From positions 62,001 through 119,803 of the forward strand of contig NZ_LSUQ01000004.1 in the NCBI RefSeq assembly GCF_001642725.1: a DNA stretch of 57,803 nt, given 5' to 3'. Source of the DNA: Ferroacidibacillus organovorans (GTDB taxonomy: Bacteria; Bacillota; Bacilli; Alicyclobacillales; SLC66). The first letter of the stretch is position 1; each line of letters begins with the position of its first letter. Of the stretch, positions 30,236 through 39,894 are shown piece after piece. The notes below the pieces were generated by a model. It saw only the letters and a list, made by a program, of their open reading frames with translations. It made no database searches and was not told where the DNA came from. Made by a program: the position numbers and the translations under genes.

Positions 30236-31324
30236 ATGAATAACCATACACTGCGAGAGTCCTTCGAGACATTGGGCATCTCTGATCTCGTCTTGACACC
30301 AGGCGCCAGCTTTCGCTATCTATCTGGGCTTTCTTTACATGCGAGTGAGCGATTGACACTTTTGTTTGTAAACATTGACGGAGAAAAATCGGCGCTCCTC
30401 CCTGCGCTTGAGGCGGAGTCTGCCAAAGGCGCTGATTTTTTGCATCTTGAAACGTATCGCGATGAGGAAGGTCCACTTCGTGCCCTGCAAGCATTAACCC
30501 AGAAAATGGGGTTCTCATTTGAAACGATTCTCGGTTACGAAGCGCAGATGATTCGCATGTTTGAGTACCAGGCGTTGGCAGGTTTTGCGGGGATATCCTT
30601 TCTTGCCGCGGATGACGTACTGGCTTCGATTCGACTGATCAAAGGGGAGGATGAACTCGAAAAAATTCGCCGAGCGGCGCAGATCGTGGATGGCGCGCTT
30701 GTGCGTTCTCTCCCGCTTTTTAAATCAGGGATGACCGAATTGGAGGTCGCTGCAGAACTAGAATATCAGATGCGCAAACTGGGATCGGAAGGTACTCCAT
30801 TTGCAACCATCGCTTGTGCGGGTCCGCGCGGCGCGCTGCCTCACGGAGGCCCCAGCATGTCGGTCATAAAGCGTGGGGATCTGGTGGTGCTCGATTATGG
30901 CGCAATGATCGATGGATACGCGGCTGACACGACGCGTACAGTTTCATTCGGAGTGCCGTCAGAAGAGGCGTTATCTGTCTATGAAGTGGTCAAAAAGGCG
31001 CAGGCTGCGGCTGTTCAGATTGTAAGGCCTGGCATTACAGCGCAGGAAGTGGATCGCGCGGCGCGTGAAGTGATTCGCGGGGCGGGATTGGGAGTTTATT
31101 TTACTCACCGTACTGGACATGGGCTTGGACTCGATGTCCATGAGTTTCCGAGTGTGATGGAGGGCAATGAGCTGATTCTTAGGCCAGGTATGGTGTTCAC
31201 CGTTGAACCTGGAGTGTATTTATCGGGAAAATTTGGCGTCCGCATTGAAGATGATGTGTGCGTTACCGAAACGGGCGTTGAGGTTTTGACACAGTTTACG
31301 CGCGAATTGTGTGTGATTGACTGA
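30236..31324 (+). CDS. Xaa-Pro peptidase (M24B)
   Basis: RLIK..DE, LPHG, DYGA..DGYAADTTRT, HRTGHGLGLDVHE, TVEPGVY, GVRIEDD. Confidence 0.93.
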   Translation: MNNHTLRESFETLGISDLVLTPGASFRYLSGLSLHASERLTLLFVNIDGEKSALLPALEAESAKGADFLHLETYRDEEGPLRALQALTQKMGFSFETILGYEAQMIRMFEYQALAGFAGISFLAADDVLASIRLIKGEDELEKIRRAAQIVDGALVRSLPLFKSGMTELEVAAELEYQMRKLGSEGTPFATIACAGPRGALPHGGPSMSVIKRGDLVVLDYGAMIDGYAADTTRTVSFGVPSEEALSVYEVVKKAQAAAVQIVRPGITAQEVDRAAREVIRGAGLGVYFTHRTGHGLGLDVHEFPSVMEGNELILRPGMVFTVEPGVYLSGKFGVRIEDDVCVTETGVEVLTQFTRELCVID

Positions 31325-31388
31325 ACGTCGTCTCGCATGTGCCAACACATTCACTCGGCGCATACGATGGCTTGCGAGGTGAAAACGC

Positions 31389-31655
31389 GTGCGCATTCGT
31401 ATGACATTCAACATTGGCTCCATTCGGTTTTCAAACATTGAAAACGCATCGGCTGTCAACTTTGGGCAGAGTGTTCAGGCAGACTGGGATAGCTACAGCA
31501 AGACAAACACGGGATTCGGGAAAATTACGGGAAGCCATAACCATATCGAAGATACGAAGAGTCGCGTGGATGATCCAGACACGGTGGATTCAATTATGGC
31601 TGAGACGTACCAGACGTATCGACCGAGGATTCACGGGGAGGGTCATGACCGATGA
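31389..31655 (+). CDS. GerPA/GerPF-like small protein, paralog A
   Basis: NIGSI..., VNFG, KTNTGFG..TG, DPDTVD; RBS GAGGTG. Confidence 0.7.
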   Translation: MRIRMTFNIGSIRFSNIENASAVNFGQSVQADWDSYSKTNTGFGKITGSHNHIEDTKSRVDDPDTVDSIMAETYQTYRPRIHGEGHDR

Positions 31656-32287
31656 ACTCGGGCATGGATCCATCGGGGATGTGGCAATCCATGACGGAAC
31701 AGTTCCGCCGTGTTTTTGGCGATGATTTCGTACAAAATCTAATGAAATCGGTCAATCTCTCTGACATGGCAAACGGCGCTGGATTTGGTGGTGTGGGAAT
31801 GTCTGGTGGTTCGCGTCAAGGAGAGAGTGGAATTGCAAACGGCGGAGTTCCGTTTGGTCAAAATCCGTTTTTCCCTTTCGGAAAACAGGGGGTTGCGAGT
31901 GAACCGGGTTCTTCGAATCAAGGGGGGCAGCATCAAGGGGCGATGATCTCTTTTCCGCGAATCGACGTGTATACGACGCGTCATGAAGTGATCGTGCTTG
32001 CGGAAGTTCCCGGCGCGTCCCCTGGAGATGTAAAAATCAGTGTTGATCCAGAGGCGCTCGTGATTCGCGGGCATATCAAGAACCCGCTACAACCGATCAC
32101 GGACCATGAAAACATCCATGTGGAGCTTTTTCGTGGAGATTTTACGCGCGAGATTGCTCTTCCTGTTCGTGTGCGTACCGATAAGGTGCGCGCGTCGTAT
32201 CGTCAGGGCTTTCTTGAGATTCGCATGATGAAAGATGGGGAACGCCCCGCCCGCACGGGCAAAGACGTCCCCATCCGCTTTGAATAG
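31652..32287 (+). CDS. Hsp20/alpha-crystallin family protein with Gly-rich N-terminus
   Basis: PRIDVY...VLAEVPG, FTREIALP, ASYRQGFLEI. Confidence 0.9.
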   Translation: MNSGMDPSGMWQSMTEQFRRVFGDDFVQNLMKSVNLSDMANGAGFGGVGMSGGSRQGESGIANGGVPFGQNPFFPFGKQGVASEPGSSNQGGQHQGAMISFPRIDVYTTRHEVIVLAEVPGASPGDVKISVDPEALVIRGHIKNPLQPITDHENIHVELFRGDFTREIALPVRVRTDKVRASYRQGFLEIRMMKDGERPARTGKDVPIRFE

Positions 32288-32302
32288 GTGCTAAGGATTG
32301 AT

Positions 32303-32518
32303 TTAGTCGATCTTTTTAATCGTGTCGAGAAAATCAAAGTCCTTTGTTCGTGTTGAAGCGATGAATTTATTCTCATCGCCAGTGATTTTTCCAAACCCAG
32401 CGTTTGCCTTCGAGGTTGCTCGCACGTGCGTTTTACGCGTTTTCCCCACATAAATTCCTGAGTTGCTTAAAATGAAATTTGATGAAACTGATCCGATGTT
32501 CAGTTCGAAGTCACTCAT
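32303..32518 (-). CDS. GerPA/GerPF-like small protein, paralog B
   Basis: LNIGSV, GIYVG, SKANAGFGKITG, DFDFLD; AGGAGG 7 nt before ATG 32518. Confidence 0.7.
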   Translation of the reverse strand: MSDFELNIGSVSSNFILSNSGIYVGKTRKTHVRATSKANAGFGKITGDENKFIASTRTKDFDFLDTIKKID

Positions 32519-32537
32519 GTTCATTCCTCCTGAAAAT

Positions 32538-32566
32538 CAGCGTATGCGGAGAAAATCAATGCGGTT
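32538..32566 (-). promoter_or_regulatory. Putative sigmaK promoter for paralog B
   Basis: Minus strand AACC-16 bp-CATACGCTG, versus sigmaK consensus mACm-N16-CATAnnnT. Confidence 0.6.
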
Positions 32567-32583
32567 AAATCAAAAAATCGATA

Positions 32584-32612
32584 CACATTCCGGCTATTTC
32601 CGGCGTAGGCTA
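32584..32612 (+). promoter_or_regulatory. Putative sigmaK promoter for paralogs C and D
   Basis: CACA-16 bp-CGTAGGCTA (one mismatch in -10). Confidence 0.5.
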
Positions 32613-32627
32613 AAGTCTGCGGGGGTG

Positions 32628-32888
32628 GTGCTCCTGAACGTAAATGTAAATCTAGGCGGTATCCGTGTCGGATCGATGGCTAGTGACTGCGGGATCTTTA
32701 TCGGAGATAACATGCAGCATGGGTGGGATAGTCACGGAAAAACGAATGCAGGATTTGGCGCGGTCGTAGGAGATGGCAATCAACTGCTGGTGTGGATGAG
32801 TCAACTCTTTGACAGTGATCTGATCGATGCACCGATTTTTGACAATGATATCAAATCTCCTGCGATGAGCTATGTGCAGGGCGGATAA
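32628..32888 (+). CDS. GerPA/GerPF-like small protein, paralog C
   Basis: VNLGGI, GIFIGDNMQHGWDSHGKTNAGFG, DSDLIDAPIFDNDIKSP; start uncertain (GTG 32625/32628 or CTG 32634). Confidence 0.7.
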   Translation: MLLNVNVNLGGIRVGSMASDCGIFIGDNMQHGWDSHGKTNAGFGAVVGDGNQLLVWMSQLFDSDLIDAPIFDNDIKSPAMSYVQGG

Positions 32889-32907
32889 ACGCACAGGAGG
32901 TTAGGAT

Positions 32908-33162
32908 ATGGCGGCGATAATCAATTGCGGATTTATTAAGACGTCGGCACAGGCGAATGACGTGGGCATCTTTTTTGGCCAAAACATCCAGAATGGCTGG
33001 GATTCCCACGCAGTGACGAAAGTGGCCGCGTATCTAAATATGGGAGATGCCACCATCGCGTTTCTCATGAACAGTGTGTACATCGATTCTGACGTGATTG
33101 ACTCACCAATTATCGATCCGGATATCAAATCTCCAATGGCGCCTGTATTCCAAGGATTTTGA
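32908..33162 (+). CDS. GerPA/GerPF-like small protein, paralog D
   Basis: GIFFGQNIQNGWDSH, DSDVIDSPIIDPDIKSP; RBS AGGAGG. Confidence 0.75.
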   Translation: MAAIINCGFIKTSAQANDVGIFFGQNIQNGWDSHAVTKVAAYLNMGDATIAFLMNSVYIDSDVIDSPIIDPDIKSPMAPVFQGF

Positions 33163-33270
33163 TTCGGGCGTCTCTTGCTGAATTCTTTGAATGCACTCGA
33201 ATGGTTTTGTGTTGTCATGGTACAATATCCCTGTCTCACCACACAGATAAGGAGACAGGAGAGAGCACTG

Positions 33271-36200
33271 ATGAAATTTAAAAAGGTTCTTGTCGCAAAT
33301 CGCGGTGAGATTGCCATTCGTATTTGTCGCGCGTGTACTGAATTGAACATTCGCACCGTCGCGATCTATTCAAAAGAGGATAGTTTGGCGCTGCACCGCT
33401 ACAAAGCGGATGAGGCATACCTTGTGGGCGCGAACAAAGCGCCAGTCGAGGCGTACCTCGATATTCCAGGTATTCTAGACATCGCTAAGCGTCACGAGTG
33501 TGACGCGATCCACCCGGGATACGGCTTTCTTTCCGAGAACGCAACGTTTGCGCGAGCGTGCGAGGAAGCGGGAATCGTATTTATCGGTCCTACACCTGAA
33601 CACCTTGAGATGTTTGGAGACAAGGTGACAGCGCGCCTAAAAGCAATGGAGGCGAATGTGCCGGTCGTCCCAGGCAGTAAAGGGCCTGTTTCACTTCAAG
33701 AGGCGCGCGAGTTTGCGGATGAGTTCGGGTATCCGCTGATGGTTAAGGCGGTCAGTGGTGGCGGCGGACGAGGTATGCGCGCGGTGACCAATCACACGGA
33801 ACTGGAAGAAGCGTACTCACGCGCGCAATCTGAAGCACAGACTGCGTTCGGTGCGGCGAGTCTCTATGTTGAGAAGCTGGTTGACAACCCCAAACATATC
33901 GAAGTGCAGATTCTCGGCGATGCGCAAGGCAATATTGTTCACCTTTACGAGCGAGATTGTTCTGTTCAGCGCCGCCATCAAAAGGTGATCGAAGTCGCGC
34001 CATCTTTGCTCCCTGAAGAGAAACGCATGATGATCTGTGAAACGGCGCTTCGCCTTATGAAAAGTGTGAATTACAAAAACGCCGGAACTGTCGAGTTTTT
34101 GCTTGGCGCGGATGGTGCTCTCTATTTTATCGAGGTGAATCCGCGCGTACAGGTCGAACACACAATCACGGAACTGGTGACCGGAATTGACATCGTACAG
34201 GCACAATTATTGATCGCGCAAGATGTCCCAATGTCCGACCCACAGATTGGCATTGAGCGGCAGGAGAGTATCGTGTGTCGCGGTTTTGCAATTCAGAGCC
34301 GCGTCACGACTGAAGACCCACAAAACAACTTTCTACCGGATACGGGACGGATCACTGCCTATCGCACAGGCGGTGGATTTGGCGTACGCCTGGATGGCGG
34401 AAACGGATTCAGCGGCGCGCGCATTCTGCCGTACTATGATTCGATGCTTGAAAAAGTGTCGGTGTGGTCGCTGCGTTTTGACGGTGCGATCGACAAGATG
34501 AGTCGGGCACTCGCAGAATTCCGAATCCGCGGTGTAAAAACAAACATCCCGTTTCTTGACAATGTCATCCATCACTCGGAGTTTCGCAGTGGTCGGTACA
34601 CGGTGCGCTTGATCGAGGATCACCCTGAACTCTTCATTTTTCGCAAAAGACAAGACCGAGCAACCAAATTGCTTCAATACATCTCTAATGTGACGGTCAA
34701 TGGTTCTGAGGGAATTAAACATGGTGTAAAGAAGCCGACTGTGCGTCTCCCTTCTTTCCCGACGTACCGTTATGACGATAAGCCAAAACCAGGTACGCGT
34801 GACGTTTTGCTTGCTGAAGGCGTCGATGGGCTTCTACGCATGATGAAACAAAGCAAGCAACTCTGGTTGACGGACACCACGTTGCGTGATGCGCATCAGT
34901 CGCTTTTGGCAACACGTATGCGCACCTATGATCTTGTACGAATCGCCGATGTGATTGCGCATGAGACAACTGGCTATTTTTCGCTGGAAATGTGGGGAGG
35001 CGCGACGTTTGACACGTCAATGCGCTTTTTGAAAGAGGATCCGTGGGAACGCCTCGCCGTTTTGCGCGAACGCATCCCAAATATTCTTTTTCAAATGCTT
35101 TTGCGCGGGGCAAACGCGGTCGGTTACAAAAACTATCCAGACAATGTGGTCAATCACTTCATTGATGAGGCGGCAATGGCCGGCATTGATGTTTTTCGCA
35201 TCTTTGACAGCTTGAACTGGGTGCCGAACATGGCTGGTTCGATTGAGCGCGTGAGACACAACGGAATGATCGCTGAGGCGGCGATCTGTTACACTGGCGA
35301 TTTATTGGACGAAAAGCGCACGAAGTTCAATCTTGCCTATTATGTTGACTTGGCTAAGCAGCTTGAGCAGGCGGGCGCGACGATTCTCGCGATCAAAGAT
35401 ATGGCAGGACTTTTAAAGCCGCAAGCCGCACATTTATTGGTGAAAACGCTGAAAGAGCACGTTGGATTGCCAATTCATCTGCATACACATGACACGGCGG
35501 GTACAGGCGTGGCCACAATTCTGCAGGCGGTCGAGGCAGGACTTGATATTGCGGATGTCGCCCTCAGTTCGATGTCTGGTCAAACATCACAGCCGAGCAG
35601 TAGCGCAGTTGTCGCATCACTTATGAATACAGCGCGTGACACTCATTTGGATCTGTCCGCTCTTCGCGTACAGAGTGACTATTTTTCCGCAATTCGCGAG
35701 TGGTATCAACCGTTTGAGAGTGGGCTACAAGCGGGTGCGGCTGACGTGTATGAGCACGAGATGCCAGGTGGACAGTACACCAACTTGCAAAAGCAGGCAG
35801 AATCGCTCGGACTGGGCGGAAGGTTTGATGAAGTGAAGCGTGCGTACCGTGAAGTCAACGATCTCTTGGGCGATATCGTCAAAGTGACGCCAAGTTCAAA
35901 AATGGTGGGAGATTTCGCGCTTTTCCTCGTACAAAACCGAATCTCCGCTCAGGAGTTGGAGCGGCGAGCGCACGAGCTTGACTATCCGGCGTCTGTTGTC
36001 GACTATTTTTCAGGTCACATGGGGCAGCCGTTTGGCGGCTTTCCGACATGGTTACAGGAGGCTGTATTAAAAGGAAGAAAAGCGCTCAAGGAACGTCCAG
36101 GCGCGGGACTTCCCGCCGTTGACTTTGGACAACTTGCTGCAGAGTTGAAAGAGAAGACGGGTCGCATATGCACAGAACAAGATGTCATTTCGTACGCCCT

Positions 36201-36702
36201 GTACGGACAGGTGTACGTCGATTTCTCGGTGGCACAGAACCGATACAGTAACTTGTCTGTGCTTGATACAGGCACATTTTTCTACGGATTGCGCCCTGGA
36301 GAAGAAGCGATCGTCGAAATCGATCGCGGCAAGACGCTAATGATCCGCCTAATCTCCGTTTCTGCTCCACGACCGGATGGAACGCGTGTTGTTTTTTATG
36401 AGTTGAACGGACAGCCGCGTGAAGTGGAAGTGATCGATCAACAAGAAGCGGTCAGCGCAAAGGGGCGACGCAAGGCTAACCCCTCGAACCTCAAAGAAGT
36501 GGGCGCCTCGATGTCGGGTACGGTCATTTCGCTTATGGTTGAAGAAGGGGATCACGTCGTTGCAGGACAGTACTTGTTGGTGACCGAAGCGATGAAGATG
36601 GAGATGCAGGTGCAGGCCCCACGCGACGGGCTTGTAGAACAGATTGCGGTGAGTGTCGGAGATTCTGTTTCGGCGGGCGATCTTCTGTTTATCCTTGAAT
36701 AA
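33271..36702 (+). CDS. pyc: Pyruvate carboxylase
   Basis: Biotin carboxylase (ANRGEIAIR, RDCSVQRRHQK), carboxyltransferase (RDAHQSLLATR, KDMAG, HLHTHD) and biotinyl AMKM domains. Confidence 0.98.
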   Translation: MKFKKVLVANRGEIAIRICRACTELNIRTVAIYSKEDSLALHRYKADEAYLVGANKAPVEAYLDIPGILDIAKRHECDAIHPGYGFLSENATFARACEEAGIVFIGPTPEHLEMFGDKVTARLKAMEANVPVVPGSKGPVSLQEAREFADEFGYPLMVKAVSGGGGRGMRAVTNHTELEEAYSRAQSEAQTAFGAASLYVEKLVDNPKHIEVQILGDAQGNIVHLYERDCSVQRRHQKVIEVAPSLLPEEKRMMICETALRLMKSVNYKNAGTVEFLLGADGALYFIEVNPRVQVEHTITELVTGIDIVQAQLLIAQDVPMSDPQIGIERQESIVCRGFAIQSRVTTEDPQNNFLPDTGRITAYRTGGGFGVRLDGGNGFSGARILPYYDSMLEKVSVWSLRFDGAIDKMSRALAEFRIRGVKTNIPFLDNVIHHSEFRSGRYTVRLIEDHPELFIFRKRQDRATKLLQYISNVTVNGSEGIKHGVKKPTVRLPSFPTYRYDDKPKPGTRDVLLAEGVDGLLRMMKQSKQLWLTDTTLRDAHQSLLATRMRTYDLVRIADVIAHETTGYFSLEMWGGATFDTSMRFLKEDPWERLAVLRERIPNILFQMLLRGANAVGYKNYPDNVVNHFIDEAAMAGIDVFRIFDSLNWVPNMAGSIERVRHNGMIAEAAICYTGDLLDEKRTKFNLAYYVDLAKQLEQAGATILAIKDMAGLLKPQAAHLLVKTLKEHVGLPIHLHTHDTAGTGVATILQAVEAGLDIADVALSSMSGQTSQPSSSAVVASLMNTARDTHLDLSALRVQSDYFSAIREWYQPFESGLQAGAADVYEHEMPGGQYTNLQKQAESLGLGGRFDEVKRAYREVNDLLGDIVKVTPSSKMVGDFALFLVQNRISAQELERRAHELDYPASVVDYFSGHMGQPFGGFPTWLQEAVLKGRKALKERPGAGLPAVDFGQLAAELKEKTGRICTEQDVISYALYGQVYVDFSVAQNRYSNLSVLDTGTFFYGLRPGEEAIVEIDRGKTLMIRLISVSAPRPDGTRVVFYELNGQPREVEVIDQQEAVSAKGRRKANPSNLKEVGASMSGTVISLMVEEGDHVVAGQYLLVTEAMKMEMQVQAPRDGLVEQIAVSVGDSVSAGDLLFILE

Positions 36703-36858
36703 TACGAATGTCGAAGCAATTCTTTGAATGAATATGCGATGACTTGCAGGAAAAGCGTCATAACTCGCGAATATACTAGACCCATACATGGCGAAGTCAG
36801 CTGTGTGTGGGTCTGCAAGCGATTTGCAAGCTCACAAAAATAAAAGAGGGGGCGTATC

Positions 36859-38433
36859 ATGCAAGCACCTGAATTAAAAAGAGAGCTATCTCTCGTCGAT
36901 TTGACCTTCGCGTCCGTCGGAGGAATTATTGGATCCGGATGGATCTTGGCGTCACAGACCGCCACGTCCATTGCAGGACCCGCCGCGATTATCTCTTGGA
37001 TTATCGGTGGCGTTGCCATATTGCTGTTAGGTTTGGTGTACACAGAGCTTGGCGCCATGATGCCGGAAGCGGGAGCGGCAATCCGCTATCCACAGTATTC
37101 ACATGGCACGTTTGTCAGTTTTATTATGGCGTGGGCCGGCTGGCTGACATGGGTGACCGTCGCCCCCGCTGAGGCAGAAGCGGTCACACAGCTTGCAAAC
37201 GCATATATTCCTGGACTCTACAATACTCAGACGAGCCTTCTCACACCTGTAGGGTTGCTCATATCGGCTGCGCTTATTCTCATTTTCTTCTTGATCAACT
37301 ACTACGGTGTGAAATACTTTGCTCGCGCTAACACTGCACTCACATGGTTTAAATTTCTGGTGCCGCTAGGGACTGCCCTCATTTTTCTGTTTGGCGCGCA
37401 TCACTACAGCAATTTTACAAGTCAAGGGTTTGCCAGCAATGGATTTTCTAAAGTCTTTCTCGCGATCGGTACTTCGGGCATCGTCTTTTCGTTTCTCGGG
37501 TTTCGTCAAGCGATTGAACTCGCAGGTGAGGCAAAGAATCCAACGCGCGACGTACCGCGCGCAGTCGTTCTCTCGATCCTGATCGGAATCGTCGTCTACG
37601 CGGCGCTTCAGGCGGCGTTTGTCGCGGGTGTTCCTACTGCCGATGTGGCAAAAGGTTGGGGCAATGTGAGTTTTGACAACCCGTGGGTACGCCTCTCAGT
37701 AACGCTCAGTCTCGGTTGGTTGGCACTTCTTCTCAAGATTGACGGATGGCTTTCGCCGAGTGGAACGGGTCTTGTTTACACGGCTTCGACCGGACGCGGG
37801 CTCTATGCTATGGCAAAAAACCGCTACATGCATTCATGGCTTGGCAAAATCAACGCGCAAGGTGTGCCTGCCAACGCGATGATTCTGAACATGATTGTGG
37901 GTATCATTACGCTGTTCCCATCGCAAGGTTGGGCGCATATTATTGGATTTATCTCCGTGACGGGTGTGTTCAGCTACCTGATCGGCCCCGTCTCTGCGGC
38001 GAGCTTTCGGAAGACGGCACCCGATCTTCATCGTCCAGTTTTCTTAAAAAGCTTACCAGTCGTGGCACCGATCGCCTTTATCATGTCAGGACTTATCGTG
38101 TACTGGTCTGGTTGGAATATTGACCAAGCTGCCCTTTACGCGATTCTCGCCGGACTTGTGATTTATGCGGTGGCTTTTTTCGTCAACGGTTTTTCCGCGA
38201 GCGACATTTCTCGTGGAATCTGGCTTGTCGTCTATATTGCGGCACTGCTTATCATTTCTTATCTCGGAGACAAAAACTTTGGCGGTATCGGCGTTATCGC
38301 CTTCCCGATGGATATCATCGTGATTGCGATTGTTTCGCTCATCTGCTATTACTGGGCTGTCGCTTCCGGATTTGAGACGAATGATTTGAAAGAGCTCAAG
38401 AAGAATGCGAGCAAAAACTCGACGGTGGCGTAA
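36859..38433 (+). CDS. APC-family amino acid permease (YbeC-like)
   Basis: GGIIGSGW, AGPAA, ELGAMMPEAG, ELAGEAKNP; many TM segments. Confidence 0.9.
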   Translation: MQAPELKRELSLVDLTFASVGGIIGSGWILASQTATSIAGPAAIISWIIGGVAILLLGLVYTELGAMMPEAGAAIRYPQYSHGTFVSFIMAWAGWLTWVTVAPAEAEAVTQLANAYIPGLYNTQTSLLTPVGLLISAALILIFFLINYYGVKYFARANTALTWFKFLVPLGTALIFLFGAHHYSNFTSQGFASNGFSKVFLAIGTSGIVFSFLGFRQAIELAGEAKNPTRDVPRAVVLSILIGIVVYAALQAAFVAGVPTADVAKGWGNVSFDNPWVRLSVTLSLGWLALLLKIDGWLSPSGTGLVYTASTGRGLYAMAKNRYMHSWLGKINAQGVPANAMILNMIVGIITLFPSQGWAHIIGFISVTGVFSYLIGPVSAASFRKTAPDLHRPVFLKSLPVVAPIAFIMSGLIVYWSGWNIDQAALYAILAGLVIYAVAFFVNGFSASDISRGIWLVVYIAALLIISYLGDKNFGGIGVIAFPMDIIVIAIVSLICYYWAVASGFETNDLKELKKNASKNSTVA

Positions 38434-38476
38434 CGCGTAATCAATCTCGCGAATTGTTGCGTTGAGTGACATCTAT

Positions 38477-38515
38477 AAGAAGCCCGACAATCCAAACGGA
38501 TTGTCGGGCTTCTTT
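38477..38515 (+). terminator. Intrinsic terminator after APC permease
   Basis: AAGAAGCCCGACAATCC-AAAC-GGATTGTCGGGCTTCTTT. Confidence 0.85.
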
Positions 38516-38539
38516 AGAATATGCGGCAAATGGAGTCTA

Positions 38540-38568
38540 TCGACTTTCTCGCATGGTTTCGCTATAAT
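38540..38568 (+). promoter_or_regulatory. sigmaA promoter of the corrinoid operon
   Basis: TCGACT-17 bp-TATAAT directly before the riboswitch. Confidence 0.7.
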
Positions 38569-38573
38569 GCTTG

Positions 38574-38737
38574 ATGAAGGTGCGCATCAGCGCATAAAAG
38601 GGAATCGGGTGAAAGTCCCGAGCGGTCGCGCCACTGTATCGGTTTTGCGAGAGACAGGCTCTATGGAGCAGCCACTTCACTGCGGTGAGGGAAGGCGTCT
38701 CACGTGTGAGATCGAAAGCCAGGAGACCTACCTTCAA
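38574..38737 (+). ncRNA. Cobalamin riboswitch
   Basis: AGGTG...AAAAGGGAATCGGGTGAAAGTCCCGAGCGG..CGCCACTGTA...GCCACT...GGGAAGGC...B12 box AGCCAGGAGACCT; ends TGAAGGT/ACCTTCA pair. Confidence 0.95.
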
Positions 38738-38821
38738 ATGCCACCAGAAGACCTTCGCGCAAAAGGTAGGGTGTAGCGGATCGTGCGTCTATAAGCTCAT
38801 TGACAACGCCTATTCGATACA

Positions 38822-38850
38822 AGCCGACAGCGAAGCTGTCGGCTATTTTT
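38822..38850 (+). terminator. Riboswitch-associated leader terminator
   Basis: AGCCGACAGC-GAA-GCTGTCGGCT-ATTTTT between aptamer and first gene. Confidence 0.8.
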
Positions 38851-38898
38851 GCGATGCTTAACATGTACTGGGGCATATTTTCAGAGGGGGTTTTTGTT

Positions 38899-39894
38899 TT
38901 GAAGAAAGGTTCACTCACCCGAATTGCGTCAACACTCGCACTTGGCACGTCGCTGCTTGGCGTCGGTCTCGCCCATGCCGCTACGGCACACGCTGGCAAG
39001 CAGACCACTCATCGCGCAGCGACGATAGCGCGTCGCTCATCGTCGCCGCAAACGGTGTATCCACTCACGATTAAAGATCAAACGGGGCAAACTGTGGTGC
39101 TCAAATCAGAGCCGACGCGGATCATTTCGCTAACTCTTGGGAATGATGAGGCGCTGTTCAACATGATCCCTATCAAACATCTCATTGGCGTGGACTATAC
39201 AGCGACAGAAGCGACATACTCCCACGTCACCCAAGCCATCGTCAAAGATCACATTCCTGTGTTTGGCAGCGTAAACGGCACACTGAATGCAGAGGCAATC
39301 ATTAAAGCGAAGCCGGATCTCGTTCTCGTAGCGGATTATGTGAATCAAAAAGTGGTTGCACAACTCAAGAACGCGGGGATCCCGGTCTACGAGTTTAACA
39401 ACTTTAACTCGATTGCAAACATTGAACAGAACATTCAGGTGCTTGGACAACTTGTAAACGCGCAAGGGCAAGCAACCAAGCTCATCGATCAGATGAAAAC
39501 GAACCTCGCATGGTATAAAGCGCATCAACCGAAGAAAAAACCGACGGTGCTTTATGACAGCTATAATTATGTCTCGGGAACAAACACGACGGCGAATGAC
39601 ATCATCCTTGCAGCGGGTGGAATCAATGCGGCAGCCAAAGTGAATGGGTGGGCGCAATTGACAGCCGAGCAGGTGATTGCGATGAACCCTGATGTGATCG
39701 TCATTCCGGATGACTCGGGGGCGGCCGACACGGAGTTAAAGACGTTTCTCGCCAATCCAGCCTTTGCGCACCTTAAAGCGGTGGTGAATCACCATGTGTA
39801 CACGGCGCCTGACGCGGATCTCTCGGCAGTCTCTCAGTTTGTCGTTTGGGGTGTGCGCGACATGCGGCAAATGATTTTGAACGCGACGAAATGA
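38899..39894 (+). CDS. btuF: Corrinoid ABC transporter substrate-binding protein (BtuF-like)
   Basis: YPLTIKDQTG, PTRIISL, AKPDLVL, AAGGINAA, NPDVIV; TTG 38899 after GAGGGGG; first gene behind B12 riboswitch. Confidence 0.85.
   Translation: MKKGSLTRIASTLALGTSLLGVGLAHAATAHAGKQTTHRAATIARRSSSPQTVYPLTIKDQTGQTVVLKSEPTRIISLTLGNDEALFNMIPIKHLIGVDYTATEATYSHVTQAIVKDHIPVFGSVNGTLNAEAIIKAKPDLVLVADYVNQKVVAQLKNAGIPVYEFNNFNSIANIEQNIQVLGQLVNAQGQATKLIDQMKTNLAWYKAHQPKKKPTVLYDSYNYVSGTNTTANDIILAAGGINAAAKVNGWAQLTAEQVIAMNPDVIVIPDDSGAADTELKTFLANPAFAHLKAVVNHHVYTAPDADLSAVSQFVVWGVRDMRQMILNATK

Noticed and set aside
32463..32627. N-terminal extension of the 141-aa ORF
   Set aside because: Overlaps the inverted paralog and promoters; similarity to paralogs begins near 32628.
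36814..36828. Palindrome TGCAAGCGATTTGCA before the APC permease
   Set aside because: One base too long for a cre site and arms are short; not enough to call.
38462..38898. 104-aa ORF and the long N-terminal extension of btuF
   Set aside because: They run across a terminator, promoter, riboswitch and leader terminator; the RBS supports TTG 38899.
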